Shown here: positions 39,656 through 49,111 of the stretch, piece after piece
Layout: each line of letters begins with the position of its first letter
Numbering within the stretch: the first letter of the stretch is position 1
Position numbers and translations under genes: made by a program
DNA from: a virus
Direction: 5' to 3' (one strand)
Virus record (IMG/VR): IMGVR_UViG_3300020469_000023
Span: 35,096-99,095 of that record
Length of the DNA stretch: 64,000 nucleotides
Notes under the pieces: model-generated
Seen by the model: the letters and a program-made list of their open reading frames with translations, nothing else
Told to the model about the DNA's origin: nothing
Databases searched by the model: none

Positions 39656-41371
39656 CTATCTAATTTTACTAAAGTTCTTATCTTTGATAAACTCAATCTT
39701 TCTATCAAAGATTGAATCTTCAAGTTCTCCCTTATGGGATATTACAAATACTTTTGTATCTTCCTGCAAAGTATACAGTATTTTCATTAAATTGTCAACC
39801 CCTTCCATATCTAAAGATGAATCAAATGTTTCATCAAGTACTAGAAGATTAGTTGCAACACTATTTTTCATCTTAGCAATTTGTCGCCAAGTAAATAATA
39901 GTGACAGGTCAATTCTTTGTTTTTCACCTTCTGAAAAAGAATCATAAGTAAAAGCATCACGATGGCGAGAACGAATAGTCTCTACGAAACTTTCGTCTAA
40001 GTCAAAGTGAACAAAGAAATCTAATGTCTGTAAATATTGATTAGTCAATTTATTTATTACAGGTAAATATTGTTTTATAATTTTTGATTTGATACCAGTA
40101 TCTCTAAGTAGTTCACTACTTACTTGATTGTAAGAGAACTGCTCATTTAATTTGTACTTTTCATCTTGGTGTTTTTCTTTTTCTTTTCTATACTCTTCGA
40201 GGTCTGCATTCGCATCTGATAAATCACCACTTGATTCTATTTGAGATTCTATTTCTCCTTTTAATGCATCAATTACTTTATTTAACTTAGCAATAGTTTT
40301 ATTATTACCTGATACCTCGGCATTATATCTTTTACAATCATCAACAGTATCTTGAAATAATTGAATTGCTTTTTCATAATTCTCTCTTTCTTTATCTGCT
40401 TTGCTTATACCAACTTCTAAATCTTTTACTCTTTTACTAGTAACTTTTAGTTTCTCTTGTTTTAATACTGAGTCTATCTCTTGACTACATGTAGGACACT
40501 CATCATTTTCTGTAAAGAACTTATGTTCTTTTTTGGTCGCTTTATGTTGTGCAACGATAGTTGAAAGTGTTGCCTCAAATTTTGCTTTTACTTTTTGAAT
40601 TGCATCTATTTTTTCTAGTGCTGGTTCAAATGATTGTGCTACATTATCAAGTAATGCTGTATTTCTATCGTTCAACACTCTAATATCTTCTTGAGTTGTA
40701 ACAATCATGTCCTCTTTTTCTTTTCTAAATTGAGCATTTACGTTGGCAATATCTCTAAGGTATTTCTTTTGAGCATTTATTTTTGAGTCAACTAAATGAA
40801 TGTCGTTTTGATTCTGAGTAATATTATCTTTAAGTAATGATATCTTTTCTTTTAGAATTTGATTCATAACAGAAAACATATTAATATCAAGTAGGTCTTC
40901 GATTACACTTCTTCGCTGTTGTGAGGATAACTGCATAAAAGGTATAAAACTCGAAGACCCAAGAACCACAATTTGATGAAACGATTTGTGATTTAATTTT
41001 AAAATATTTTTTTCTAACATTGCCTGATAATCTGTGACATGAGAATTTTGATTTGCCATGTTACCATCTATCCAAACTTCAAACTTATTAGGTTTAATTG
41101 TTCTAACTAATTTAAATTGTTTTTTACCAATTCTAAATTCTACTTCAACTACACTACCTTTCTGATTAACAGAATTAACTAATTGCATTTTAGATATCTT
41201 TCTATGTGGTTTACCAAACAATCCAAAAGATAGTGCATCTAACATTGTTGATTTACCTGCACCATTTTGTCCTACTACTAAAGTAGTTGGTGCTTTTTCA
41301 AAATCTATTTCTGTAAAGTTATTACCAGTACTAAGAAAGTTCTTGTACCTCAATTTCTCAAAATGTATCAT
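39656..41371 (-). CDS. gp46: Recombination ATPase gp46 (Rad50/SbcC-like)
   Basis: GQNGAGKS, CPTC hook, FSEGEK, LDETFD. Confidence 0.96.
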   Translation of the reverse strand: MIHFEKLRYKNFLSTGNNFTEIDFEKAPTTLVVGQNGAGKSTMLDALSFGLFGKPHRKISKMQLVNSVNQKGSVVEVEFRIGKKQFKLVRTIKPNKFEVWIDGNMANQNSHVTDYQAMLEKNILKLNHKSFHQIVVLGSSSFIPFMQLSSQQRRSVIEDLLDINMFSVMNQILKEKISLLKDNITQNQNDIHLVDSKINAQKKYLRDIANVNAQFRKEKEDMIVTTQEDIRVLNDRNTALLDNVAQSFEPALEKIDAIQKVKAKFEATLSTIVAQHKATKKEHKFFTENDECPTCSQEIDSVLKQEKLKVTSKRVKDLEVGISKADKERENYEKAIQLFQDTVDDCKRYNAEVSGNNKTIAKLNKVIDALKGEIESQIESSGDLSDANADLEEYRKEKEKHQDEKYKLNEQFSYNQVSSELLRDTGIKSKIIKQYLPVINKLTNQYLQTLDFFVHFDLDESFVETIRSRHRDAFTYDSFSEGEKQRIDLSLLFTWRQIAKMKNSVATNLLVLDETFDSSLDMEGVDNLMKILYTLQEDTKVFVISHKGELEDSIFDRKIEFIKDKNFSKIR

Positions 41372-41553
41372 AAATTATATTGTTTCTTTATCTCTTCGGG
41401 TATTGGTTCATGAAAAGGAATACTATTCATAGTTCTCACTTTCATTTGTAGAATTAAGTTTCTGTTTTTTTCTATCGTATTTTGTTTTGTCTTTATGTGT
41501 AACAGGTTTATGAAACTTGTCCATATTCTTTTTAACTGGGTCTTTTTTACCAT
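41368..41553 (-). CDS. Small hypothetical protein
   Basis: 61 aa between gp47 and gp46. Confidence 0.45.
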   Translation of the reverse strand: MVKKTQLKRIWTSFINLLHIKTKQNTIEKNRNLILQMKVRTMNSIPFHEPIPEEIKKQYNL

Positions 41554-41562
41554 TTTGATTTC

Positions 41563-42621
41563 TCATTGTATTTCAATATTCTGTGCCTCAGTCATCAAAG
41601 ATGATATTTCTCTTTTGATTCTATTTTTATCCAAATCAGTTTGTACCGAATCAATGTAATTATACACTACTGTTTCAGTATTGTCAATGTTTATTTCACC
41701 ATCATTTACATTTTCTCCAATAAATTCAGAAAAGTCTTCTGCTATTTTTAGTTCATGTATTTTTTGATTCTGTATTCTATCAACGAATCTTTCAAACTTA
41801 TAAGTATCACCTTTGTTAACAACAATTAATTTAACAAACTTATTATCTAGGTATCTTAAGTCTTGAAACTCATTCATTTTTTCGTGGTCATAATATATCT
41901 TTTCAAAGATAGTGTTTGGATTTAGTATTGCTTCTATTTCTCTTGTATCAGTATCAAGAACATGAAAATACTTTTTATCACCACAATCATTCCAGAAGAA
42001 CTCCATCTGTGCGCCTAAGTAATGCACATTACCTTGAGAAGACTTAGCATGAAAATGTCCAGTCAATACCATTTCGAATCTATCGAATAGACTTCGGTCC
42101 ATACCATCATGTGCTGGCATACCTCGATACATGTCAAACCCAATCAATTCTAAATGGGCACCAATAATAGATGCATTACAATTGTTAATAAACTCTAGTG
42201 ATTCTTTTTCATTATCGTCTGCAATCCATGGCACTAAACCTATCTTTAACTTATCGTACTCCATTACCATAGGTTTTTGAATGATGTTCACTTCATTCAT
42301 ATAATGACCTTGCAGTTCTTTCAACGAGTTTAATTCATTCGTGTTTTTAAAATAAGTATCATGATTACCTAAAATGATATCCATAGTCATACCATATTCT
42401 CTTAATTTCTCTAGAAATATTTTACGATTATGATTTAAACATTTAAAATTAACTGTCTTACGATTGTCATAGTAATCACCTAAATGTAATATTCTTGTAA
42501 TACCATTTTCTATTAGATATGGAAAGAATACGTCACGATAAAATAACTCTTGATAATCCATAAAGATATCAGAAGAATTACGAATACCGCAGTGGGTATC
42601 GTTTAAGATAGCAATTTTCAT
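41563..42621 (-). CDS. gp47: Recombination nuclease gp47 (Mre11-like); start MKIAILNDTH
   Basis: DTHCG, LGDYYD, GNHD, GHFH; GAGG SD before 42621. Confidence 0.95.
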   Translation of the reverse strand: MKIAILNDTHCGIRNSSDIFMDYQELFYRDVFFPYLIENGITRILHLGDYYDNRKTVNFKCLNHNRKIFLEKLREYGMTMDIILGNHDTYFKNTNELNSLKELQGHYMNEVNIIQKPMVMEYDKLKIGLVPWIADDNEKESLEFINNCNASIIGAHLELIGFDMYRGMPAHDGMDRSLFDRFEMVLTGHFHAKSSQGNVHYLGAQMEFFWNDCGDKKYFHVLDTDTREIEAILNPNTIFEKIYYDHEKMNEFQDLRYLDNKFVKLIVVNKGDTYKFERFVDRIQNQKIHELKIAEDFSEFIGENVNDGEINIDNTETVVYNYIDSVQTDLDKNRIKREISSLMTEAQNIEIQ

Positions 42622-42646
42622 TGAATGTTCCTCACAATTATTTAGT

Positions 42647-42675
42647 ATTATATAGACTCCAACAACTTTTGTCAA
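42647..42675 (-). promoter_or_regulatory. sigma70-type promoter of gp47
   Basis: TTGACA-17-TATAAT. Confidence 0.85.
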
Positions 42676-42700
42676 CCATTAATTTATAGGTTAGAAATTA

Positions 42701-42708
42701 TATAAATA
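42701..42708 (+). promoter_or_regulatory. gp55-type late promoter
   Basis: TATAAATA-GATGT-ATG. Confidence 0.75.
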
Positions 42709-42713
42709 GATGT

Positions 42714-43250
42714 ATGGCAGTAAACTCAACAGTACAAGTAGATGACCAGAATTTAACTACGAATCTAAACTATCTACAACCAACTGGATTCAAACTCTTA
42801 ATAGATAGAGTTAAATATCCTAATCTAGAATACTTTTGTCAAGGTGTTGCACACCCTAGTGTACAATTAAATCCTGTAGAATTACCTACAAGAAGAATTA
42901 CATCTGTACCACTTGCTGGTGATAAGATAACTCATGGTGAAATTACATTTACAATTATACTTGATGAAAATATGACTGGTTATAATGAAATGTTTAATTG
43001 GTTACAAAGACTTGTGAATGATGGGCAAGTAAATCCTATTGCAAGAAACACTAAGTTTCCAACATATGCAGATATAACTCTTGCAATACTGTCAAGTCAC
43101 AATAACACTACTCAAAAAATTAGATACAAAGATTGTTTGCCTACTGGTTTAGGTGCTATAAACTTTGTTACTACAACTGGTTCTGTAACGTACTTAACAT
43201 TCGATGCTACGTTTAGATTTAGTCAATTTGAGATAACAAAACAAACTTAA
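42714..43250 (+). CDS. gp3: Tail completion/tube terminator gp3
   Basis: NYLQPTGFK, EYFCQ, LDENMTGYNEMFNW; late promoter; upstream of uvsY. Confidence 0.8.
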   Translation: MAVNSTVQVDDQNLTTNLNYLQPTGFKLLIDRVKYPNLEYFCQGVAHPSVQLNPVELPTRRITSVPLAGDKITHGEITFTIILDENMTGYNEMFNWLQRLVNDGQVNPIARNTKFPTYADITLAILSSHNNTTQKIRYKDCLPTGLGAINFVTTTGSVTYLTFDATFRFSQFEITKQT

Positions 43251-43251
43251 T

Positions 43252-44334
43252 ATGAAAATAATAAAAACAGAAACTCCAAAAGATGTCGTTGAATATGATG
43301 GAGAAGAATATCCAGCAAACTTAGACCCGACAGATATAGTAGAAATTTTTCAAACACCACTTACTGGTGCATATAACTGGGACTATACTGTTCAAGATAA
43401 TCGTATTAAAAAACTATATGAATTAGGTAAAGAACTTAATTGGAATGTAGAAGTTGATGTTGATTGGTCACCAAAAAAAGTAGAAATAACAAACGAAGAG
43501 TTTGAGTTTGAAGATAATCAATGGTCAGACCACCCAGAATATAAAAAATGGGACACACCAAAACGTATGGAGTTTTTTAAAGATTTAGAAAGTTGGGGAA
43601 CAAGTCAGTTTCTTCATGGCGAACAAGGGGCATTATTAGTTGCAAGTCAATTAACATCGTGTGCGCCAACATTTAATGCAAAATTATATGCGGCCTCACA
43701 AACATTCGATGAAGCGAGGCATGTTGAAGCATTTAATAAGTATATTCAAACAAGATTAGGAAGACGATGGCCTATTGGTACAGCATTAAAAGGACTTTTA
43801 GATAAGATACTTACAGACCCTAGATGGGATTTAAAATTTATTGGTATGCAAGTAGTTATTGAAGGTTTAGCATTAGCGGCCTTTCAAGCGGCAAAAGAAG
43901 GTACTAGTGACCCTGTTTATAAACAAATGCTCGAATATATTATAAGAGACGAGGCGAGACACGTGACGTTTGGTATAAATTATCTTACCGACTTTGTTAC
44001 GACACTCTCAAAAGAAGAACAACTGGATAGAGCAAAGTTTGCCTTAGAAGCATGTACTGTCAGTAGAAACAGATTAAAAGCATATGAAGTATGGAATAAA
44101 TATAGTCTAAATATAGAAGAGACAGAACAGTATCAAAAAGAACATATATTTCAAACACAATTTCAAGATACTTTGTTTAGTAGAATAATGCCTAATCTTA
44201 AAAAGATAGGATTATTACAAGACGAATTAATACCTGAATATGATAAACTAGGTGTGATGGGTTATGTAAATGGTGATAATGATTTTGAAACAAGTTGGGA
44301 AGAACTTAGTAAACCGCTCAAGGAGGCAGTATGA
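43252..44334 (+). CDS. Ferritin-like di-iron protein (AurF-like)
   Basis: GEQGAL, DEARH, IEGLAL, DEARH. Confidence 0.8.
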   Translation: MKIIKTETPKDVVEYDGEEYPANLDPTDIVEIFQTPLTGAYNWDYTVQDNRIKKLYELGKELNWNVEVDVDWSPKKVEITNEEFEFEDNQWSDHPEYKKWDTPKRMEFFKDLESWGTSQFLHGEQGALLVASQLTSCAPTFNAKLYAASQTFDEARHVEAFNKYIQTRLGRRWPIGTALKGLLDKILTDPRWDLKFIGMQVVIEGLALAAFQAAKEGTSDPVYKQMLEYIIRDEARHVTFGINYLTDFVTTLSKEEQLDRAKFALEACTVSRNRLKAYEVWNKYSLNIEETEQYQKEHIFQTQFQDTLFSRIMPNLKKIGLLQDELIPEYDKLGVMGYVNGDNDFETSWEELSKPLKEAV

Positions 44335-44531
44335 CAGAAGATATAATTAATGTATTAATTAAACAATGTGAAGCAGGGATAGAAAGACACAAAATGAATG
44401 TTCGTGTCTTAACAGAAAAGAATGTAGGTCTTGCTGAACATGGTGACTTGATAATTACAATAGAAGGTGAATTAGACAAGGTTGCAAACTACGAAGATAG
44501 ACTAGCAGTATTAAAAAAATACTTTACATAA
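44331..44531 (+). CDS. Hypothetical protein
   Basis: 66 aa, GGAGG SD. Confidence 0.65.
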   Translation: MTEDIINVLIKQCEAGIERHKMNVRVLTEKNVGLAEHGDLIITIEGELDKVANYEDRLAVLKKYFT

Positions 44532-44551
44532 TCTGCCTAATACTGTATAAT
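44523..44551 (+). promoter_or_regulatory. sigma70-type promoter of uvsY
   Basis: TTTACA-17-TATAAT. Confidence 0.7.
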
Positions 44552-44574
44552 AAGCAGTTTATAGGAAATATATC

Positions 44575-45024
44575 ATGATAAATTTAGAATCAATACTTGC
44601 TGAGTGGAAAGAAGACTCACAAATATCAAAGAATCAACTAGACGAAGTATCTAGAATCACACCAGCATTACACTCGAAATATTTAGAATATCTCTCACTT
44701 ACTAAACTACGTATGAAGAAAGCAGAATTCGAACAAAAGAATCTGTTAAAAGAGAAATGGTTATATTATGAAGGTAAAATGCCACAAGAAGATATAGAAT
44801 CACGAGGTTGGAAAGCAGACCCTTATGATGGACTTGTTATCACAACAAAAGGTCAGAAAGAAAATTGGTATGATACTGATAAAGAAATTCAAGATTCTGA
44901 ACTGAGAATACAATATTTACAAACAACTATTGATACGCTAACTGAAATAGTTAACAATCTTACATGGCGACATCAAACGATATCGAACATGATTAAGTGG
45001 AGACAGTTCGAAACTGGTATTTAA
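44575..45024 (+). CDS. uvsY: Recombination mediator UvsY
   Basis: LHSKYL, WLYYEGK, ISNMIKWRQF. Confidence 0.9.
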   Translation: MINLESILAEWKEDSQISKNQLDEVSRITPALHSKYLEYLSLTKLRMKKAEFEQKNLLKEKWLYYEGKMPQEDIESRGWKADPYDGLVITTKGQKENWYDTDKEIQDSELRIQYLQTTIDTLTEIVNNLTWRHQTISNMIKWRQFETGI

Positions 45025-46520
45025 TGCGACCCGCAAACACAATAGAGATAGGTCTAAAAGACCACTCGATGATGTTGATAGATGCCGAAGGTCATCAACT
45101 CAAAGAATTATCTGAATATTTTTCATTCTTTGTCCCTGGACATAGATATATGCCAGCATTTAAACGTAAAGTGTGGGATGGCAAAATAAGATTATTTAAT
45201 CAAATGACACGTGAGTTAAATGTCGGTCTATATCCACATATAAAGAAGTTTGCTCTTGATAGAATGTATCCAATCCAACTTGTTGATAATGATGAGTATG
45301 GACATCCTGAACTTAAGAATAAAATACAACACAAGTCTTTAATAAAGTATCTTGATAGTCTCGATGCACCTTTTGAGATAAGAGATTATCAATACGATGC
45401 AATCTCACATGGTATCGAAAACAAAAGATGTTTATTATTGTCACCGACTGGTAGTGGTAAATCATTTATCATTTATAATCTGCTACGCTGGTATGCTGAC
45501 AATCATGATAAGAAGATGTTAGTTATTGTTCCGACAACAAGTTTAGTAGAACAATTATATAAAGACTTCTATGAATATGGGTTTGATGTTGATAATGAAG
45601 TGCATCGTATCTATTCTGGTAAAGATAAGATAACAGATAAACGTATCATTATATCTACGTGGCAATCTATCTATCGTCTTAAGTTTGATTGGTTTGAGCA
45701 GTTTGGTGCTGTCTTTGGCGATGAAGTTCATTTATTTAAAGCAAAGTCATTGACTGGTGTAATGAACAAATGTAAGAATGCTGAGTATCGTTTTGGTACT
45801 ACAGGTACTTTAGATGGGACAGAAACAAATAAACTAGTACTTGAAGGTCTATTTGGTATGACTCATAAAGTTATCGCAACACGTGATTTACAAGTTCGTG
45901 GTACTCTTGCTGGTTTAGATATTAACGTCTTACTATTAAGATATCATAATGATGTATGCCACATGATGAAAGGTAAGACATATCAAGATGAAATTGATTA
46001 TATTGTACGTCATGAAAAACGTAATAACTTTATTAAGAACATGACTTTAGATTTAGAAGGTAATACATTAGTCTTGTTTCAGTTTGTTGAAAAACATGGT
46101 AAAGAACTCTTTGAAATAATTAAAGATGATGCAGAAAAAAATCGAAAAGTTTTTTATGTATCTGGTGAAGTAGATGCGAAAGATAGAGAGCAGATAAGAG
46201 GTATCGTTGAAACACAAAAGAATGCAATAATTGTCGCATCATTAGGGACATTTAGTACAGGCATAAATATAAAGAACTTACACAACATTGTCTTTGCAAG
46301 TCCAAGTAAAAGTCAAATAAAAGTATTACAGTCGATTGGTCGAGGTTTACGACAATCAGATGATGGCAGTAATACAACTTTATATGATATAGCAGATGAT
46401 ATGCATGTCAAGTCACATAAGAACTTTACATTGAGACATAGTGGAGAAAGAATAAAGATATATGCGAAAGAACAATTTCCATATAAAATTATTCCTATTA
46501 ATTTAAAAGGTGATAAATAG
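45024..46520 (+). CDS. uvsW: SF2 helicase UvsW
   Basis: WDGKIRLF, SPTGSGKS, DEVH, QSIGRGLR. Confidence 0.95.
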   Translation: MRPANTIEIGLKDHSMMLIDAEGHQLKELSEYFSFFVPGHRYMPAFKRKVWDGKIRLFNQMTRELNVGLYPHIKKFALDRMYPIQLVDNDEYGHPELKNKIQHKSLIKYLDSLDAPFEIRDYQYDAISHGIENKRCLLLSPTGSGKSFIIYNLLRWYADNHDKKMLVIVPTTSLVEQLYKDFYEYGFDVDNEVHRIYSGKDKITDKRIIISTWQSIYRLKFDWFEQFGAVFGDEVHLFKAKSLTGVMNKCKNAEYRFGTTGTLDGTETNKLVLEGLFGMTHKVIATRDLQVRGTLAGLDINVLLLRYHNDVCHMMKGKTYQDEIDYIVRHEKRNNFIKNMTLDLEGNTLVLFQFVEKHGKELFEIIKDDAEKNRKVFYVSGEVDAKDREQIRGIVETQKNAIIVASLGTFSTGINIKNLHNIVFASPSKSQIKVLQSIGRGLRQSDDGSNTTLYDIADDMHVKSHKNFTLRHSGERIKIYAKEQFPYKIIPINLKGDK

Positions 46521-46524
46521 TATT

Positions 46525-47010
46525 ATGGAAGTAAAACATTTTAAGTTAGACACAGGAGAGGAACTCTTGTGCGAAGTGGTTGAGTGGTATGATGAAGAAG
46601 GATTCGAAGACGAAATAATTATTCGTAAAGCGGCCAAATTAGTTTACACTAAAACTAAAACTGGTATACCTTTTTATTCGCTTCGCCCATGGATGGTATA
46701 TCAAGAAAATCTTACAGACGTTATGACATTAGATAGAAATCATATTGTTGGTATGGCAACACCTCCAGATTATTTAGTTATACAATGGGAAGATGCTATT
46801 CTAGATATGCAAGAACTTCATAATGATAGACAAGCAGAGACTAAAAAAAGAATTGAAGAGTTTACAAAAAGAGCAGAACAAAAACCACAAAAACCGATAT
46901 CAGAAGTGATAGATGATTTATTAAATACTATGGATGGTGCCAAAGAGCAATTTAAAGACAATGTAATTGAGTTATTTCCTAACGATGAAAAGGACGATAC
47001 GATTCATTGA
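46525..47010 (+). CDS. Hypothetical protein (MEVKHFKL...)
   Basis: KLDTGEELLCEV; GATAAATA 5 nt upstream. Confidence 0.65.
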   Translation: MEVKHFKLDTGEELLCEVVEWYDEEGFEDEIIIRKAAKLVYTKTKTGIPFYSLRPWMVYQENLTDVMTLDRNHIVGMATPPDYLVIQWEDAILDMQELHNDRQAETKKRIEEFTKRAEQKPQKPISEVIDDLLNTMDGAKEQFKDNVIELFPNDEKDDTIH

Positions 47011-47036
47011 TATTCAGCGCCCCGGAGAACTTTAAG

Positions 47037-47065
47037 ATTATACCACACAGAACATAAATTGTCAA
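47037..47065 (-). promoter_or_regulatory. sigma70-type promoter antisense to upstream genes
   Basis: TTGACA-17-TATAAT on minus strand. Confidence 0.7.
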
Positions 47066-47080
47066 CCATTATTTTAAAGA

Positions 47081-47109
47081 TTGACTAAATATGTAATATA
47101 GAGTATAAT
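47081..47109 (+). promoter_or_regulatory. sigma70-type promoter of gp55
   Basis: TTGACT-17-TATAAT. Confidence 0.8.
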
Positions 47110-47135
47110 ACACAACAATTAAATATGGATATATT

Positions 47136-47747
47136 ATGACAGAGAAAAAATTAAAACCACAAGAAAAACCACACTATGTAAACAATAAAGATTTTTCATT
47201 AGCAGTAGTTGATTATTGTCAAGTCGCAGAGAAGGCAAAGAAACAAAAATCTAAAAAAGTACCAATTGTTCCAAATTACATTGCAGAATGTTTTCTTAAG
47301 ATTGCTGAAGGTCTATCACACAAATCAAACTTTATAAGATATACTTATCGAGAAGAAATGGTAATGGACGCTGTAGAAAATTGTTTGAAAGCAATTAAGA
47401 ACTATGATATTAAAACTGCAACAAGAACTGGTACACCAAATGCATTTGCATACTTTACTCAGATATCTTGGTATGCATTTCTACGTAGAATCGAAAAAGA
47501 AAAGAAACAACAAGACATTAAGTTAAAGTATATCGCTAACGTTGGTATAGACGAACTAGTTGACAATCAAGATGGCGATACGCCTAGTGATGAAGCAATG
47601 GCATTCGTTGATAATCTTCGTTCAAGAATTGATGGCGTAAGAGCAAATGATTTATATTGGAAAGATATTGTTACAGAAGAAAAAAAGAAGACAAGAAAGA
47701 GACGTGCTGTAAATGTTGATTCTGACTTAAAAGACTTCTTAACTTAG
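47136..47747 (+). CDS. gp55: Late sigma factor gp55
   Basis: HYVNNKDF, CFLKIAEGLS, NAFAYFTQI, AFLRRIEKEKKQ. Confidence 0.95.
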   Translation: MTEKKLKPQEKPHYVNNKDFSLAVVDYCQVAEKAKKQKSKKVPIVPNYIAECFLKIAEGLSHKSNFIRYTYREEMVMDAVENCLKAIKNYDIKTATRTGTPNAFAYFTQISWYAFLRRIEKEKKQQDIKLKYIANVGIDELVDNQDGDTPSDEAMAFVDNLRSRIDGVRANDLYWKDIVTEEKKKTRKRRAVNVDSDLKDFLT

Positions 47748-47804
47748 GTATACAGAACCCCCGGATAAGTCTCTAGTCTATAGTATATATACAAACTAAG
47801 TTTT

Positions 47805-48131
47805 TTAGAACTGTACAGAGACTCCACACCCACATGATGCTTCTTCATTAGGGTTTATTATCTTAAAGTATTCGTTAACACCATCGACAATCCAATCTAA
47901 AGTAGAACCTTGAAGAAATGGTATTGAGAGTTTATCTACTACTATATTGAACTTTCCGTAGTCTAGAATAATATCGCTTTCAGTAGTAGATTCAACATAC
48001 TTAATATAATACTCGTACCCAGCACACCCACCAGCAGTAACACCAAGGCGAATACCACTTCGATTGCTATTCTCCGTTCTCTCAATCGCTTTAGATATCG
48101 CTCCATCTGTTAACTCAATATCCATATCCAT
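47805..48131 (-). CDS. iscA: Fe-S cluster carrier IscA/HesB family
   Basis: GGCAGYEY, NPN...SCGCGVS. Confidence 0.88.
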   Translation of the reverse strand: MDMDIELTDGAISKAIERTENSNRSGIRLGVTAGGCAGYEYYIKYVESTTESDIILDYGKFNIVVDKLSIPFLQGSTLDWIVDGVNEYFKIINPNEEASCGCGVSVQF

Positions 48132-48561
48132 TCGGGTCTTCCCATTGGTTGTGTTTTCTATGTTTACTTTTTTCTTCCCAATCTTCAACTGCTTTCTTAA
48201 TACCTTCTTCTGCAAGTACTGAGCAATGTAATTTGATAGGTGGTAATTCTAATGCTTCTGCAATCTCTTTATCTTTTATTTGTTTTGCTTCATCAATAGT
48301 TTTACCTTTAAGCATTTCAACAAACATTGTCGATGATGCTATTGCACTACCACACCCATATGTTTTAAACTTGACATCTTCAATTACGTCTGTTTCTGGA
48401 TTAAGTTTGATATCTAATTTCATGACATCACCACATGCTGGTGCTCCAACTAAACCAGTTGCAACATTAGGGTCATTGGGGTCAAATCTACCTACTGCAT
48501 GTTTTTCTGGATTCTTTAATACAGATTCAAATCTGTCTACTACTTTACTACTATATGCCAT
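48115..48561 (-). CDS. iscU: Fe-S scaffold IscU (start MAYSSKV)
   Basis: GAPACGDVM, FKTYGCGSAIAS, LPPIKLHCSVLAE. Confidence 0.93.
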   Translation of the reverse strand: MAYSSKVVDRFESVLKNPEKHAVGRFDPNDPNVATGLVGAPACGDVMKLDIKLNPETDVIEDVKFKTYGCGSAIASSTMFVEMLKGKTIDEAKQIKDKEIAEALELPPIKLHCSVLAEEGIKKAVEDWEEKSKHRKHNQWEDPNGYGY

Positions 48562-48566
48562 ACTAC

Positions 48567-48574
48567 TATTTATA
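48567..48574 (-). promoter_or_regulatory. gp55-type late promoter of iscU
   Basis: TATAAATA-GTAGT-ATG. Confidence 0.75.
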
Positions 48575-48575
48575 A

Positions 48576-48705
48576 TAAAAAAAACCCCGGTCAAGGGAAA
48601 GTTGCGAACTTTCTGGTCTACCTCACCGGGGGTGATTGTCTATCGACTTTTGACTTTACGCCGTTACTTTATTTTAGAAATTTACCTCTCTTTCTCATTC
48701 TCAAT
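48576..48705 (-). ncRNA. Candidate ~130-nt small RNA
   Basis: Own sigma70 promoter, GC-rich 3' stem plus U-tract, only a 9-codon ORF. Confidence 0.5.
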
Positions 48706-48711
48706 ACAAGT

Positions 48712-48740
48712 ATTATAATAGGTTTGGCAACTTTTGTCAA
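48712..48740 (-). promoter_or_regulatory. sigma70-type promoter
   Basis: TTGACA-17-TATAAT. Confidence 0.85.
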
Positions 48741-48763
48741 CCATTTTTTTAAAAATATTTTAC

Positions 48764-48792
48764 TTGACAATTGTTGCTGAACTTGTTATTAT
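48764..48792 (+). promoter_or_regulatory. sigma70-type promoter
   Basis: TTGACA-17-TATTAT, 6 nt before ATG. Confidence 0.8.
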
Positions 48793-48798
48793 AACAAT

Positions 48799-49071
48799 AT
48801 GAATAATCTTACATTTCTAAAAGAAACTACTGATTGGGGTGAATACGAAACTCCTAATAACACTTACATTCTAAATGAGAAGGGTCAGTTAGTCGCTTTT
48901 ATTAGAGAGGGTGAGACTAGAGCAAGACGTTTTGCTACTCCTATCAAAAAGTTTGATAAGAGATACAGAACTTTTGAGAAAGTCAAAGTAACTCCCTCAG
49001 AGTGGGTCTGGGCAGATATCAGATATAGTAAAAAGAAATCTGCTACTTACGGGCCATACACAACAAAATAG
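48799..49071 (+). CDS. Hypothetical early protein
   Basis: 90 aa; ETTDW...PNNTY. Confidence 0.7.
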   Translation: MNNLTFLKETTDWGEYETPNNTYILNEKGQLVAFIREGETRARRFATPIKKFDKRYRTFEKVKVTPSEWVWADIRYSKKKSATYGPYTTK

Positions 49072-49074
49072 TTC

Positions 49075-49103
49075 TTGACAATTTTTGTTTAGTCAAGTAT
49101 AAT
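49075..49103 (+). promoter_or_regulatory. sigma70-type promoter of bS21
   Basis: TTGACA-17-TATAAT, 8 nt before ATG. Confidence 0.85.
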
Positions 49104-49111
49104 ACTAAACA

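Noticed and set aside
48149-48718. 189-aa plus-strand ORF
   Set aside because: Antisense shadow of iscU
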